Made by a program: the position numbers and the translations under genes
The notes under the pieces: generated by a model
What the model was told of the DNA's origin: nothing
Database searches by the model: none
Seen by the model: the letters and a program-made list of their open reading frames with translations, nothing else
Assembly (NCBI GenBank): GCA_040754455.1
Contig: JBFMCP010000010.1
Span: forward strand, 19,540 to 83,539
From: Nitrospirota bacterium
GTDB taxonomy: Bacteria > Nitrospirota > Thermodesulfovibrionia > Thermodesulfovibrionales > Dissulfurispiraceae
Length of the DNA stretch: 64,000 nucleotides
Reading direction: 5' to 3'
Part shown: one piece after another, positions 45,950 through 56,983 of the stretch
Numbering within the stretch: the stretch's first letter is position 1
Layout of the letters: the number at the start of each line of letters is the position of its first letter

Positions 45950-47344
45950 ATGCAAATAAGAACCATCTCGTTTATCGAGGTAAAATCGCCAGGCGTTCAT
46001 GTCTTCAGCAAATTCCCCATCCCCCGAATCGGTTCCGTACTGCTCTCTACGATGCTCAGAAACGAGGGGTATACCGTCAGGGCGTTTGTCGAAGATATTG
46101 CCGGGATCGACTGGTCCGTTGTAGAACACTCCGATGTCGTATGTCTCTCGACGATTACCTCTACCGCACCCAGGGCATATGAGGTCGCCGACCGGCTGAA
46201 GCGGCTCGGCATCGTCGTTATCATGGGAGGCGCCCATCCTTCCTTCATGCCGGAAGAGGCGCTCGACCATTGCGACTATGTGGTGCGCGGCGAGGGAGAT
46301 ATCACGCTTCCCGAGCTTTTGCGTTCGCTGAGAAAAGGAACACCGTTTCCCGCTGCTGTCCAAGGCATCTCTTACCGCGATAAAGAAGGGGTTATCGTAC
46401 ACACTCCTGCACGTCCGCTGCTTGCCGATATGGACATCCTCCCTGAGCCCGACTTCTCACTGGTCCAGGGGTGGAAGCCTTCGCATACCTATCCGGTTTC
46501 AACATCGAGGGGGTGCCCGCACACGTGCACCTTCTGCTCGGTGATCCAGCTCTTCGGAAGAAAGTACCGGTTCAGATCGGTAGAAAAGACTGTGCGTGAA
46601 ATCGCTCATGCGGCTTCACGCTATGATGCGACCATCTTTTTTGTCGATGATAACTTCGCCGCGCACAAGGAGAGGACAAAGGCGATACTGAAAGAAGTTG
46701 TCGCTGCTGGAATCGCCCCCCGCTGGTCGGCGCAGGTACGGACTGATATCGCGAAGGATGCCGAACTGCTGCGCCTCATGGCCGATTCCGGATGCAATAC
46801 GCTCTATATCGGCTTTGAATCGATCAATCCCCGGACGCTCGAACTGTATGAAAAGCGACAGAGCCTCGATGATATCCTCCATTGCATTAGGGCGGTGAAG
46901 GATCACGGAATCAGTATCCACGGGATGTTCGTCCTCGGCGCCGATACCGATACGCTGGACACGGTCAAGTGCACTGCCGACTTTGCCGTCGATCTCGGCA
47001 TTGATACCGTACAGTTCATGCTCCTTACGCCGTTGCCCGGAACGCCGGTTTTTGCCGAGATGGAGCTGGCCGGCAGGCTGCTGCATAAAGACTGGAGCAC
47101 ATACGACATGCACCACGTGGTGTTCAGGCCCGCGCTGATGGAGCCTGCAACCTTCCAGATCGAAACGCTCAAAGCAATGGGGAAGTTCTATTCCTGGAAG
47201 TATATTCTCAAACACCTCCTGGCATTCGATTTTCATTATGCTGCACTCGGGTACTTCGGCCACAGAGCGGTGAAACAATCGCTGGAACGGGCCATGGCCT
47301 ATCTTGAGCGCCTTGAGCCGTCGGGCTCGCTGCTGCCGGCATAG
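45950..47344 (+). CDS. B12-binding-domain radical SAM protein
   Basis: MGGAHPS, VRGEGD, TSRGCPHTCTFC, FFVDDNF, LTPLPGT. Confidence 0.9.
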   Translation: MQIRTISFIEVKSPGVHVFSKFPIPRIGSVLLSTMLRNEGYTVRAFVEDIAGIDWSVVEHSDVVCLSTITSTAPRAYEVADRLKRLGIVVIMGGAHPSFMPEEALDHCDYVVRGEGDITLPELLRSLRKGTPFPAAVQGISYRDKEGVIVHTPARPLLADMDILPEPDFSLVQGWKPSHTYPVSTSRGCPHTCTFCSVIQLFGRKYRFRSVEKTVREIAHAASRYDATIFFVDDNFAAHKERTKAILKEVVAAGIAPRWSAQVRTDIAKDAELLRLMADSGCNTLYIGFESINPRTLELYEKRQSLDDILHCIRAVKDHGISIHGMFVLGADTDTLDTVKCTADFAVDLGIDTVQFMLLTPLPGTPVFAEMELAGRLLHKDWSTYDMHHVVFRPALMEPATFQIETLKAMGKFYSWKYILKHLLAFDFHYAALGYFGHRAVKQSLERAMAYLERLEPSGSLLPA

Positions 47345-47461
47345 AACACGAGCAGGTGCTGCATATGATATCGTACTGCCCGGCGTCGTCGGGCGTGCAA
47401 CAGTAAGGACCATCACCCGTACCGCCGCTCTGTTGCCGGACGGTGTGGATTGAGACGTGTC

Positions 47462-48709
47462 ATGACCGATTTCTACCAATCAGGTGTTGTTGCGACGTTT
47501 CACAGGCTCGCTGTCGACAATCTCGAGCGGATCGAGTCGGAGCTGAACTGGTACTGCCGCGAGCGGCCGCTTGCCCTTGTATTGCCTTCGCTCTACAGCG
47601 AGCTGAGCGGCGAGGCCTTGCGAGGCATCATCGGCGAGCTCAAGAAAGTCAGCTATGTAAAGGAGATCATCGTGACCCTCGGTCCCGCCTCGGAGGCGGA
47701 GTTCATCCATGCCCGGGAATTTTTCTCCGGGCTGCCGCAGAAGGCCGTGATCCTCTGGAATTCGGGTCCGCGCATCGATGCGCTGTACCGGGCTATCGAG
47801 GCGGAGGGCCTGACGACGGGCGAACCGGGCAAGGGAAGGGCTGCGTGGATGGCGTACGGCTATGTGCTTTCACAGCAGGAGTTCCACGGCATCGCCTTTC
47901 ACGATTGCGATATCGTTTCTTATGAGAGGGGCCTGCTTGCACGACTCTGCTATCCCGTGGTTAACCCGAACCTCGATTATGACTTCTGCAAGGGCTACTA
48001 CAGCAGGGTTACCGACCGCTTGCACGGCAGGGCAACGCGGCTCCTGGTCATGCCGCTCATACGGGCATTGCAGAAGATACTCGGACACCATCCGCTCCTG
48101 GACTTTTTCGACAGCTTCCGCTATCCTCTCGCAGGAGAATTCTCCATAGATGTTAATTTGGCGAGGGTAAGCAGGATATCCGGAGACTGGGGACTCGAGC
48201 TCGGGGTGCTCGCCGAAGTATATCGCAATACCTCGCTGAGGAGAATCTGCCAGGCCGATATCGCGGAGAATTATGAGCACAAACATCAGCATCTCTCGGC
48301 CCATGATGAGACGCAGGGGCTCCATAAGATGTGCATCGATATATGCAAGTCGCTTTTCAGAACACTTGCATCGGAAGGAATCGTCTTTTCCGAAGGTTTT
48401 TTTAAAACGTTGCTGGCGACCTACACTGATACCGCTCAGGATATGCTCAAACGTTACGAGGGCGATGCGGCAATCAACAGTCTCTTTTTCGATCGCCATC
48501 AGGAGAGCCTGGCTGTCGAAACGTTCACCAAGGGGATAAAACGTGCGGCGGAAAGCATTATAGGCGATCCGCTCGGTGTCCCGCTGATATCGAGCTGGGA
48601 CCGGGTCATATCAGCACTCCCGGACATACTCTACAGGATCAGGGAGGCAGTGCGGGAGGACAACGCCTACCGTCCGGCATCTGTTGAACCGCTTGCCACA
48701 AGGAGGTGA
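47462..48709 (+). CDS. Glycosyltransferase, glucosyl-3-phosphoglycerate synthase-like
   Basis: MTDFYQSGVVATFH, PGKGRAAW, HDCDI, FCKGYYSR..LHGRATRL, YPLAGEF, DWGLE, YEHKHQ. Confidence 0.75.
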   Translation: MTDFYQSGVVATFHRLAVDNLERIESELNWYCRERPLALVLPSLYSELSGEALRGIIGELKKVSYVKEIIVTLGPASEAEFIHAREFFSGLPQKAVILWNSGPRIDALYRAIEAEGLTTGEPGKGRAAWMAYGYVLSQQEFHGIAFHDCDIVSYERGLLARLCYPVVNPNLDYDFCKGYYSRVTDRLHGRATRLLVMPLIRALQKILGHHPLLDFFDSFRYPLAGEFSIDVNLARVSRISGDWGLELGVLAEVYRNTSLRRICQADIAENYEHKHQHLSAHDETQGLHKMCIDICKSLFRTLASEGIVFSEGFFKTLLATYTDTAQDMLKRYEGDAAINSLFFDRHQESLAVETFTKGIKRAAESIIGDPLGVPLISSWDRVISALPDILYRIREAVREDNAYRPASVEPLATRR

Positions 48710-48712
48710 AGA

Positions 48713-49408
48713 ATGGGAAAAGCGAACGAACCTTTCGATTTCAGACAGTGTATCAGCATCCTGAAGGCAACCGGCAAAAAGGCCAAAAACCTGCACGAAT
48801 TGCGTGATACGCTGGCCATAATACATGAGGAATCCATATTCCATCACGTTTATCAGTATTTCCTCAAAGGGCATATTCTCGAGTACACCAATGATTTTGC
48901 CCAGTGGGTGGGCATCTATCTCGAGGAGAGCGCACTCTCGGAGCACCTCTCCAACATCGACCCCTTTTCCTTCGGCAGCATCGACGAACTGCGCCACGAA
49001 CTGATGCGGGTCATTGACAGTTATCTCGAGCGCTTCCCCGATCCCGGCGATGTCCTGCCGGGCGACGAGTTCTACTTCAACCAGACGGTGACTCTGCTCT
49101 TCCCGGCGGAAATAAGGGTAAAGAACCTTGCCGAGTTCCTCATCGCCCTGAAGTACATCGACGCCAGCTCCATCTATTATCATTTCTACGAGGCGCGCAC
49201 CCGTCTCGGCAACAGCAGGATGGATGATTTCTCGCGGTGGTTTGAGCACGCCCTCGACAAGAAAGAGCTTGCCGACAGGTTGCGATCGATCGATTTGTTC
49301 ATGCATACCATCGAAGGCATACGGGCGCATATCGTCGAGGCGGTCGAGGAAGAGGTGCGGAAAGATATGTACGGGACCCTAAAGGAAGCACCGGCACTGG
49401 TAAGTTAA
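48713..49408 (+). CDS. DUF5752-family protein (TreT-associated)
   Basis: Internally duplicated SIFHH..NDFAQW / SIYYH..DDFSRW modules; directly upstream of treT. Confidence 0.75.
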   Translation: MGKANEPFDFRQCISILKATGKKAKNLHELRDTLAIIHEESIFHHVYQYFLKGHILEYTNDFAQWVGIYLEESALSEHLSNIDPFSFGSIDELRHELMRVIDSYLERFPDPGDVLPGDEFYFNQTVTLLFPAEIRVKNLAEFLIALKYIDASSIYYHFYEARTRLGNSRMDDFSRWFEHALDKKELADRLRSIDLFMHTIEGIRAHIVEAVEEEVRKDMYGTLKEAPALVS

Positions 49409-49420
49409 GGGAGGACATTC

Positions 49421-50635
49421 ATGATAGCCCAGTATTCAGGCATATCGCCCACATCGGACGTACTGCTTCTCCGTAAGCTCGGGGAAAGCCTACGCGGAAA
49501 ATCATTCCTCCATATCAACTCCACCCGCGAGGGCGGCGGCGTTGCCGAGATATTGCAGCGTATGATTCCCATACTTCAGGAACTCGGCATCGACGCACGC
49601 TGGGACGTTATCGAAGGAGACTCGAGCTTTTTCGATATGACGAAAAAAGTCCACAATGCGCTTCAGGGCAATGAGGAAAAAATAAGCGAAAAAATGTGGG
49701 ACCACCATTTTGAAGTCAACCGGAAGAACGCCGAGCGGCTGAACCTCGAGGCCGATGCGGTGCTCATCCATGATCCCCAACCTGCCCCCCTCATCGAGTT
49801 CAGGAGGAACGGGAAATGGATCTGGCGCTGCCACATTGATGTCTCGAACCCCGTGAGGGAAGTCAATGAGCACATCATGAAGTACGGCAGGAAGTATGAT
49901 GCGGCGGTCTTTTCGGTTGCCAAATTCGCCCAGGCCATGGGCATTGATGAATTTATTATTTCGCCTTCCATCGATCCGGTAAGCGAGAAGAACAGGGAAT
50001 TGACGGCAGACGAGATCCGTCAGACCCTGGACAAGTTCCATATTCCCGGGGACAGACCCATGATACTGCAGGTATCGCGCTTTGACCGTTTCAAAGATCC
50101 GCTCGGTGTCGTTGAGGCATACCGGATCGTCAAGCGATACAACGATTGTGTTCTTGTCTTGGCCGGAAGCCCTGCAACGGACGATCCCGAAGGCGAGGTC
50201 GTCCTGAACGAGGTGCGGGAATACGCCGCCAGCGACCCCGATATCTATGTCCTCCTCCTGCCGCCCTTCAGCGATAAAGACATCAACGCCCTCCAGCGGG
50301 CGGCAACGGTCATTCTGCAGAAATCGCTGAAAGAGGGCTTCGGGCTTACCGTTTCAGAGGCGATGTGGAAAGGGAAACCGGTCATCGGTGGCGCGGTCGG
50401 GGGGATTCCGCTCCAGATCGTCCATGGCATTACCGGATTCCTGGTGCATTCAGTCGAGGGAGCTGCCTTCAGGATACGGCAGTTCCTGAATAACCCGGAA
50501 ATGGCGCAGCGCATGGGTGAAAAGGGCAGAGAGTTCGTACGGACGAATTTTCTCATTACCCGCCAGGTGAGAGATTACCTCTCCGTATGGTATGCCCTGG
50601 AGCACAACGGGAAACGGAGCCATCTCGAGCTGTAA
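49421..50635 (+). CDS. treT: Trehalose glycosyltransferring synthase (GT4)
   Basis: HINSTREGGGVAEIL, IHDPQP, WIWRCHID, QVSRFDRFKD, KSLKEGFGLTVSEAMWK. Confidence 0.88.
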   Translation: MIAQYSGISPTSDVLLLRKLGESLRGKSFLHINSTREGGGVAEILQRMIPILQELGIDARWDVIEGDSSFFDMTKKVHNALQGNEEKISEKMWDHHFEVNRKNAERLNLEADAVLIHDPQPAPLIEFRRNGKWIWRCHIDVSNPVREVNEHIMKYGRKYDAAVFSVAKFAQAMGIDEFIISPSIDPVSEKNRELTADEIRQTLDKFHIPGDRPMILQVSRFDRFKDPLGVVEAYRIVKRYNDCVLVLAGSPATDDPEGEVVLNEVREYAASDPDIYVLLLPPFSDKDINALQRAATVILQKSLKEGFGLTVSEAMWKGKPVIGGAVGGIPLQIVHGITGFLVHSVEGAAFRIRQFLNNPEMAQRMGEKGREFVRTNFLITRQVRDYLSVWYALEHNGKRSHLEL

Positions 50636-50643
50636 CGAAGGGA

Positions 50644-53600
50644 GTGTGTCCCATAGCGACGGAAGGTCCTTTTGAAACACGCATACCGGTTTCAACCTAC
50701 CGGCTTCAGTTCAACCACAAATTTACGTTCTCTGACGCCAGGGATATCGTTGCATACCTCGACGAGCTCGGCATCAGCGATATCTATGCATCGCCCTATT
50801 TCAAGGCGAACAAGGGGAGTCTCCACGGGTATGATATCGTCGACCCGACGGGTCTGAACCCTGAAATCGGCACCGAGGCGGACTACGATGAAATGGTGAG
50901 CGCGCTGCAGGACAGGGGGATGGGGCAGCTCCTCGATATCGTGCCGAACCATATGTGCATCATCAGCGAGGGCAATATCTGGTGGATGGATGTCCTCGAA
51001 AACGGGCCGAGCTCACTCTATGCCGATTTCTTCGATATCGACTGGGATCCGGTCAAGAGGGAGCTCAGGAACAAGGTCCTTCTGCCGTTTCTGAGCGGTC
51101 CGTACGGAGAAGTGCTGGAGCGTCAGGACCTCTCGCTTGTGTTTGAGGAAGGAAAATTTTTTGTCCGGTACTACGAGTATAAGTTTCCCGTCAACCCAAA
51201 AACCTCGACCAGCATTCTGGGCTGCCGCCTTGAGGAGCTTGCACGTTCGCTCTCAGAGGAGAATGAGCACTTCATCGAACTGCAGAGCATCATTACTGCG
51301 CTGAACCATCTCCCCGCATATATTGAGAGAGAGCGCAATAAGATCAATGAGCGGTACCGTGAGAAGGAGGTCATCAAGAAGCGTCTGTGGAAGCTCTATC
51401 AGGAAAGTCCCGAGATCAGGTCCTTCATTGATGGAAACGTCGTTCTCTTCAACGGCCGCAAAGGGGATCCCTCGAGTTTCGATCTTCTTGATGATCTTCT
51501 CAACAAGCAGCCCTACCGACTGGCCCACTGGCGCGTTGCCACCGATGAGATTAATTACCGGAGGTTTTTCGATATCAATCAGATTGCGGCGGTCAGAATG
51601 GAAAGCCTGAGGGTCTTCAACGAGACCCACAAGCTCATCCTCAGGCTGGTCGGGGAGGGAAAAGTAACCGGCCTCAGGGTCGACCATCCCGACGGACTCT
51701 ATAATCCTTCGGAATATTTCCGCTGGCTGCAGCGGGGATGCTTCCTGAGCATGCGCAACGGTTTTATGAGAGAGGTCGAAGGTGACCCGGCTGCGGCCGT
51801 GGATACGGGAGAGCCGGCAGCAGAAACGGAGATTCTGAAGCAGTATGAAGAGATACTGCAGCAGCACCCACAGTACAAGCCGTTCTACATTGTCGGGGAG
51901 AAGATTCTGACCAAGGGCGAGCGGATGCCCGAGGACTGGCCGATCTTCAGCACCACCGGTTATGTCTTCATGAATACGCTCAACGGCATCTTTGTCGATA
52001 CTGCGCACGCGAAGGCCTTCGATACGATCTATTCGAAATTCATCGGCGAGAAGATGTCCTTTGCCGATATCGTCTACGAGAAGAAAAAGCTGATCATGCA
52101 GGTCGCCATGTCGAGCGAAATTAACACCCTCGGTCACTACCTTAATTCCATTTCGGAGCGAAACCGGCATACGAGGGATTTCACGTTGAACAGTCTCACC
52201 GGCGCCATTATCGAGGTCATCTCCTTTTTCCCTGTTTACAGGACGTACATCAACAGTTACGAGGTGAGTGAGACCGACCGTCGCTACATCGAGATCGCGG
52301 TGGCGAAGGCCAAGCGGAAGAACCGCGCTATCAGCGAATACATTTATAATTTTCTGAAGGATGTCCTCCTCCTCAGGTTTCCCGAGGATTTCAGCGAGAA
52401 CGAGAAGGAGGAGTGGCTCGATTTCGTCACCCGCTTCCAGCAGATTACCGGTCCGGTCATGGCAAAGGGGCTGGAGGACACGGCCTTCTATGTCTACCAC
52501 CGGCTGGTCTCTCTTAACGAGGTGGGGGGGAGCCCGGACCGGTTCGGCGTTCCGCTCGAGACATTTCACGGGCAGAACATCGAACGGCTCAAGTTCTGGC
52601 CCCATGCGCTGATCGCCTCTTCGACCCACGATGCAAAGCGCTGCGAGGATGTACGGGCCAGGATCAATGTCCTTTCTGAGCTCCCTGACGAGTGGAAAGC
52701 CTGTCTGATCCGGTGGCGGAAACTCAACAAAAAAAAGAAGCAGAGTGTTGAAGGCAAGCCGGTACCTGATCCCAATGAGGAATATCTCTACTATCAGACA
52801 CTGCTCGGCGCATGGCCGGTGGAGCCGCTGGATGAAAGCGGTTACGAACAGTTCAGAGTGAGAATAAAGGAGTATATGCTGAAGGCGTTGCGGGAAGGCA
52901 AGGTAAACTCGAGCTGGATCAATATGGAAGGCCCCTACGAAGAGGCATTGATGGTCTTTATCGATGCAACGATGGACAATGCCCCCGATAACGATTTTAA
53001 GCGGGATCTCGAGAGGTTCCAGAAGAAGATTTCCCATTACGGCATGCTCAACTGCCTTTCCCAGACACTCCTCAAAATAACCTCTCCGGGCGTCCCCGAT
53101 TTTTATCAAGGAACGGAGCTGTGGAAGTTCTGCCTCGTGGACCCTGACAACCGCAGACCTGTCGATTACCGCATACGCGCTGCCCTGCTCAAGGAGCTCA
53201 AGCAGGCCGAGCGTGAGCAGCCGCTGAAAGACATTGCACGAGAATTGCTCGCCAATAAGAACGACGGAAGGGTAAAGCTCTTTGTCACTTATAAAGCGCT
53301 TAATTATCGGAGAGACAACCGGGCGCTCTTTGAGAAGGGCGACTACACTATCCTCGATGCAGGTGGAAAGGGAGCACAGAGCGTCTGTGCGTTTGCGAGG
53401 ACCTTTGAGGGCAAGGCCGCCCTGGTCATCGCCCCGCGCTTCTTTACCAGACTTGCTCCTCCCGGGGAGCCCCCGGTGGGACCGCGTGTCTGGAATAACA
53501 CGTTTGTTGCTGTTCCCTTCGAGGCGCCGGGCGCGCTCTTCCGCAATGTGTTCACCGGTGAGACCGTCACTTCACAGGGGAACGACGGCACAGCAGTGAT

Positions 53601-53658
53601 TGCTCTGGCTGAGGCGCTTGCTGTTTTCCCTCTCGCCCTCTTGGAGAAGGTCGAATGA
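50644..53658 (+). CDS. treY: Malto-oligosyltrehalose synthase (start uncertain; the ORF is open from 50587)
   Basis: STYRLQF, HGYDIVD, DIVPNHM, INYRRFFDI, GLRVDHPDG, STHDAKR, PGVPDFYQG, LVDPDNRRPVDY. Confidence 0.93.
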   Translation: MCPIATEGPFETRIPVSTYRLQFNHKFTFSDARDIVAYLDELGISDIYASPYFKANKGSLHGYDIVDPTGLNPEIGTEADYDEMVSALQDRGMGQLLDIVPNHMCIISEGNIWWMDVLENGPSSLYADFFDIDWDPVKRELRNKVLLPFLSGPYGEVLERQDLSLVFEEGKFFVRYYEYKFPVNPKTSTSILGCRLEELARSLSEENEHFIELQSIITALNHLPAYIERERNKINERYREKEVIKKRLWKLYQESPEIRSFIDGNVVLFNGRKGDPSSFDLLDDLLNKQPYRLAHWRVATDEINYRRFFDINQIAAVRMESLRVFNETHKLILRLVGEGKVTGLRVDHPDGLYNPSEYFRWLQRGCFLSMRNGFMREVEGDPAAAVDTGEPAAETEILKQYEEILQQHPQYKPFYIVGEKILTKGERMPEDWPIFSTTGYVFMNTLNGIFVDTAHAKAFDTIYSKFIGEKMSFADIVYEKKKLIMQVAMSSEINTLGHYLNSISERNRHTRDFTLNSLTGAIIEVISFFPVYRTYINSYEVSETDRRYIEIAVAKAKRKNRAISEYIYNFLKDVLLLRFPEDFSENEKEEWLDFVTRFQQITGPVMAKGLEDTAFYVYHRLVSLNEVGGSPDRFGVPLETFHGQNIERLKFWPHALIASSTHDAKRCEDVRARINVLSELPDEWKACLIRWRKLNKKKKQSVEGKPVPDPNEEYLYYQTLLGAWPVEPLDESGYEQFRVRIKEYMLKALREGKVNSSWINMEGPYEEALMVFIDATMDNAPDNDFKRDLERFQKKISHYGMLNCLSQTLLKITSPGVPDFYQGTELWKFCLVDPDNRRPVDYRIRAALLKELKQAEREQPLKDIARELLANKNDGRVKLFVTYKALNYRRDNRALFEKGDYTILDAGGKGAQSVCAFARTFEGKAALVIAPRFFTRLAPPGEPPVGPRVWNNTFVAVPFEAPGALFRNVFTGETVTSQGNDGTAVIALAEALAVFPLALLEKVE

Positions 53659-53738
53659 TGCGGTACTATATGTATAGGACTTGCCCGTCGTGGCGTTGGC
53701 GCATTCGTCCTAACCTGGTGAGGCACGGGAATATCTGA

Positions 53739-54965
53739 ATGGCACATCCGAAGATACTCGCTTTTGTACTGGCGGGCGGCAAGGGGGAGCGCCTCTTTCC
53801 GCTCACGGCATTTCGCTCCAAACCGGCGGTCCCCTTCGGGGGAAGATACCGCATCGTGGACTTCGCCCTCAGCAATTTCATCAATTCCCATATCTACTCG
53901 ATCTACCTTCTCGTCCAGTACAAGTCACAGTCGCTCATCGAGCACGTACGACAGAACTGGGGTCTGACCTCGATCATCAGCAGCCATTTCGTCACCGTCG
54001 TCCCGCCGCAGATGCGCATGGGGCCTGAATGGTTTCAGGGGACGGCTGATGCGGTGTTCCAGAACATCAATCTCATCAGAGAGCATAATCCCGAGCTGGT
54101 GGCGGTCTTCGGCGCCGACCATATCTATCGCATGGACATCCGCCAGATGATTGATTTCCACCTCGAACGGGAGGCCTACGTCACGGTGGCGGCCCGTCCT
54201 GTCCCCCTCGCACAGGCATCATCCTTCGGCGTGATCCTGACCGATAATGAGAAGAGAATCGTCGGCTTTCAGGAGAAGCCTAAAAAACCTGCACCGATGC
54301 CGGGAGATCACGAGCGGGCCTATGTTTCTATGGGAAACTATCTGTTCAATACAGGGGTGCTCCTCGATGCATTGGCGAGGGCCCAGAGGAAAAAGCAGCA
54401 CGACTTCGGTGCGCATGTTATTCCGGGTCTGCTCGAAACAGGGAAAATATTCGCCTACGATTTCGCTACCAACAGTATTCCGGGTACTATGCCCTATGAG
54501 GAAGAGGGCTACTGGCGCGATGTCGGCACTATCACCGCCTTTTTCGACGCCCACATGGATATGCTCGGCGAGGCGCCGGTGTTTCAGCTCTACAACAGGT
54601 TATGGCCTATCCACCCCTCGCTCTACGAAGGTCCTGCAACGCGGATACTGAAGGGTGATATCCGCAACAGCATCATTTCCGATGGGACGATCATCCACAG
54701 GGCAAAGGTCCGCAATTCGGTCATCAGGACCGGCGTCACCATTGAAAGCGATGTCACCATTGAGGATTGCATCATCATGGATGATGTGGTGCTCAAGGAA
54801 GGATGCAGGCTCAAACGGGTCATCGTCGATAAGCTCAACGTGATCAAGGAGAAGGAGCAGATCGGCTTCGATATCGAGCGGGACCGCTTTCACTGCCACA
54901 TTGATCCCTCAGGGATAAGGGTAGTCCCCAAGGCCGGCATGCTGCTCAAGAACTCGAAAAAATAG
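53739..54965 (+). CDS. glgC: Glucose-1-phosphate adenylyltransferase
   Basis: LAGGKGERL, KPAVPFGGRYRIVDF, GTADAV, ADHIYRMD, YWRDVGT. Confidence 0.95.
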   Translation: MAHPKILAFVLAGGKGERLFPLTAFRSKPAVPFGGRYRIVDFALSNFINSHIYSIYLLVQYKSQSLIEHVRQNWGLTSIISSHFVTVVPPQMRMGPEWFQGTADAVFQNINLIREHNPELVAVFGADHIYRMDIRQMIDFHLEREAYVTVAARPVPLAQASSFGVILTDNEKRIVGFQEKPKKPAPMPGDHERAYVSMGNYLFNTGVLLDALARAQRKKQHDFGAHVIPGLLETGKIFAYDFATNSIPGTMPYEEEGYWRDVGTITAFFDAHMDMLGEAPVFQLYNRLWPIHPSLYEGPATRILKGDIRNSIISDGTIIHRAKVRNSVIRTGVTIESDVTIEDCIIMDDVVLKEGCRLKRVIVDKLNVIKEKEQIGFDIERDRFHCHIDPSGIRVVPKAGMLLKNSKK

Positions 54966-54999
54966 CTGCAGAGGGAAGGAAAGGCAGACGACCTTGGTC

Positions 55000-56292
55000 A
55001 TGAGCAGCGTACTTCTACGAAAGGAGATTCAGGAGCGGATCAATGAGATCGGCGAGGCTGATATCGTCGTCGGCATTCCGAGCTACAATAATGCACACAC
55101 CATAGGCCATGTGGTGAGGGCCGTACAGGCAGGCCTTGCAAAGTATTTTCCCCACAAACGATCGGTGCTGGTGAATTCCGACGGCGGCTCGACGGACGGT
55201 ACGATGGATATTGTCCATGCCACGACGCTCGAAGACTTTCATTCCATTCTCCTCGCTCACCGGGTCGAGCCGATATTCAAGATCGCGACTCCCTACCACG
55301 GCATCCCCGGCAAGGGGAGCGCCTTTCGGACCATCTTCCAGATTGCCGATGCCCTCAACGTCAAGGCCTGTGCGGTCATGGATTCCGATCTGCGGAGTAT
55401 TGCTCCCGAGTGGATCGAACTCCTCATCAAACCCGCCATCGAGGGCAGCTTCGACTATGTGACGCCGCTCTATCACCGGCATAAATACGACGGAACGATT
55501 ACGAACAGCATCGTCTATCCCCTTACCAGTGCACTGTACGGGAAGCGGATACGACAACCCATCGGAGGGGATTTCGGGCTCTCGGGGAGGTTGATACACT
55601 TTTATCTGACTAAGGATGTCTGGGAGACCGATGTCGCCCGCTACGGGATCGATATATGGATGACGACAACGGCGATTGCAAATGACTTCAAGGTCTGCCA
55701 GGCGTTCCTTGGAGCAAAGATACACGACCCGAAAGACCCGGGTGCCGATCTGAGCGCCATGCTCTATCAGGTGGTGGGCTCTACGTTTGACCTCATGGAG
55801 ACCTACGCCGAGGTATGGAAAGAGATATCCGGCTCGATTCCGGTGCCGACCTTCGGCTTTCAATATACGGTAGGGCTTGAGCCGGTATCGGTGAACATCG
55901 ACCGGATGATCGATAAATTCAGGCTCGGCGTCGACGAGCTGCAGGGGGTGTGGAAGGATGTCCTCGATGCGCAGGTCCTGCAGTTTCTCATCGAGGCAGA
56001 CCGTCTGCCGGAGGAGAGGTTTCATATCCCCGATGAAATCTGGGTCGAGATCGTTTATCGCTTTGCACTCGCTGCTCACCGGAGGACTATGAACAAGACG
56101 CATCTGCTCAAATCCCTCGTTCCTCTGTATATCGGCAGGACTGCATCCTTCGTTATCGAGACATGGGAGAGCGATGCCTGGGATGTTGAGAAGAGAATCG
56201 AAGGCCTGCGCGAGATCTTCGAGACTAAAAAAAAAGCCTTTCTGGAGCTCTGGAACTCCGGGGCGCAGGTGAGAGGAGGCACCGATGAGTAG
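55000..56292 (+). CDS. Glycosyltransferase, glucosylglycerate synthase (Ggs)/Mgs-like
   Basis: IVVGIPSYNNA, NSDGGSTDGT, PGKGSA, DSDLRSI, RHKYDGTITN, RQPIGGDF, YGIDIWMTT. Confidence 0.78.
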   Translation: MSSVLLRKEIQERINEIGEADIVVGIPSYNNAHTIGHVVRAVQAGLAKYFPHKRSVLVNSDGGSTDGTMDIVHATTLEDFHSILLAHRVEPIFKIATPYHGIPGKGSAFRTIFQIADALNVKACAVMDSDLRSIAPEWIELLIKPAIEGSFDYVTPLYHRHKYDGTITNSIVYPLTSALYGKRIRQPIGGDFGLSGRLIHFYLTKDVWETDVARYGIDIWMTTTAIANDFKVCQAFLGAKIHDPKDPGADLSAMLYQVVGSTFDLMETYAEVWKEISGSIPVPTFGFQYTVGLEPVSVNIDRMIDKFRLGVDELQGVWKDVLDAQVLQFLIEADRLPEERFHIPDEIWVEIVYRFALAAHRRTMNKTHLLKSLVPLYIGRTASFVIETWESDAWDVEKRIEGLREIFETKKKAFLELWNSGAQVRGGTDE

Positions 56293-56983
56293 GACAATAG
56301 ATCAGTTGATTGTTGAGCCGATGAAGGCCTTTGGCGAGAAGCTCGCCCGTTTTCTCCCCAACCTCTTTTCAGCACTCCTTATTATGGTCATCGGTCTGAT
56401 TGCCGCATGGCTGGTCAAGCATATCCTCATCCGTTCATTCAGGGCCCTTAAACTCGACACCTTTTCGGAACGTTCGGGAGTGAGCAGGGTCATTCTCAAG
56501 GGTGGCATCAGGGAATCCTTTTCGGTCATTATGGCCGAATTCATCGGCTGCCTTGTGGGTTTTGCCTTTATGATCATCGCCTTGATCAGCCTGAATGTCC
56601 CGGCAATCGAGATGTTGCTTGAGCGGTTTTTTCTCTATCTCCCCAATGTCTTTGTCGCCTTTATTGTTGTGCTGTTCGGTTACGTATTCAGTAATTTCTT
56701 CGGGCGGGCGGCCCTCATCGCCGCTGTCAATGCGGGAATAAGGGTGGCGGGCCTCATCGGGAGAGTGGTCCGGCTCTCGATCTTCATCTTCTCGCTGGCC
56801 ATAGCGCTCGAGCAGCTCGGAATCGGCAGGGATACGGTGACCATTACCTTTGCCGTGCTTTTCGGTGGGGCGGTCCTGGCACTGGCGCTTGCGTTTGGGT
56901 TGGGAGGAAGGAACATCGCAAAATCCTATCTTGAGCACAAGATCTTCAGAAAGGAAGAGCGGGATGATATCGAACATATTTAA
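56285..56983 (+). CDS. CmpX-like / MscS-associated TM-helix repeat membrane protein
   Basis: Repeated FLPNLFSAL / YLPNVFVA helices; LALAFGLGGR. Confidence 0.75.
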   Translation: MSRTIDQLIVEPMKAFGEKLARFLPNLFSALLIMVIGLIAAWLVKHILIRSFRALKLDTFSERSGVSRVILKGGIRESFSVIMAEFIGCLVGFAFMIIALISLNVPAIEMLLERFFLYLPNVFVAFIVVLFGYVFSNFFGRAALIAAVNAGIRVAGLIGRVVRLSIFIFSLAIALEQLGIGRDTVTITFAVLFGGAVLALALAFGLGGRNIAKSYLEHKIFRKEERDDIEHI

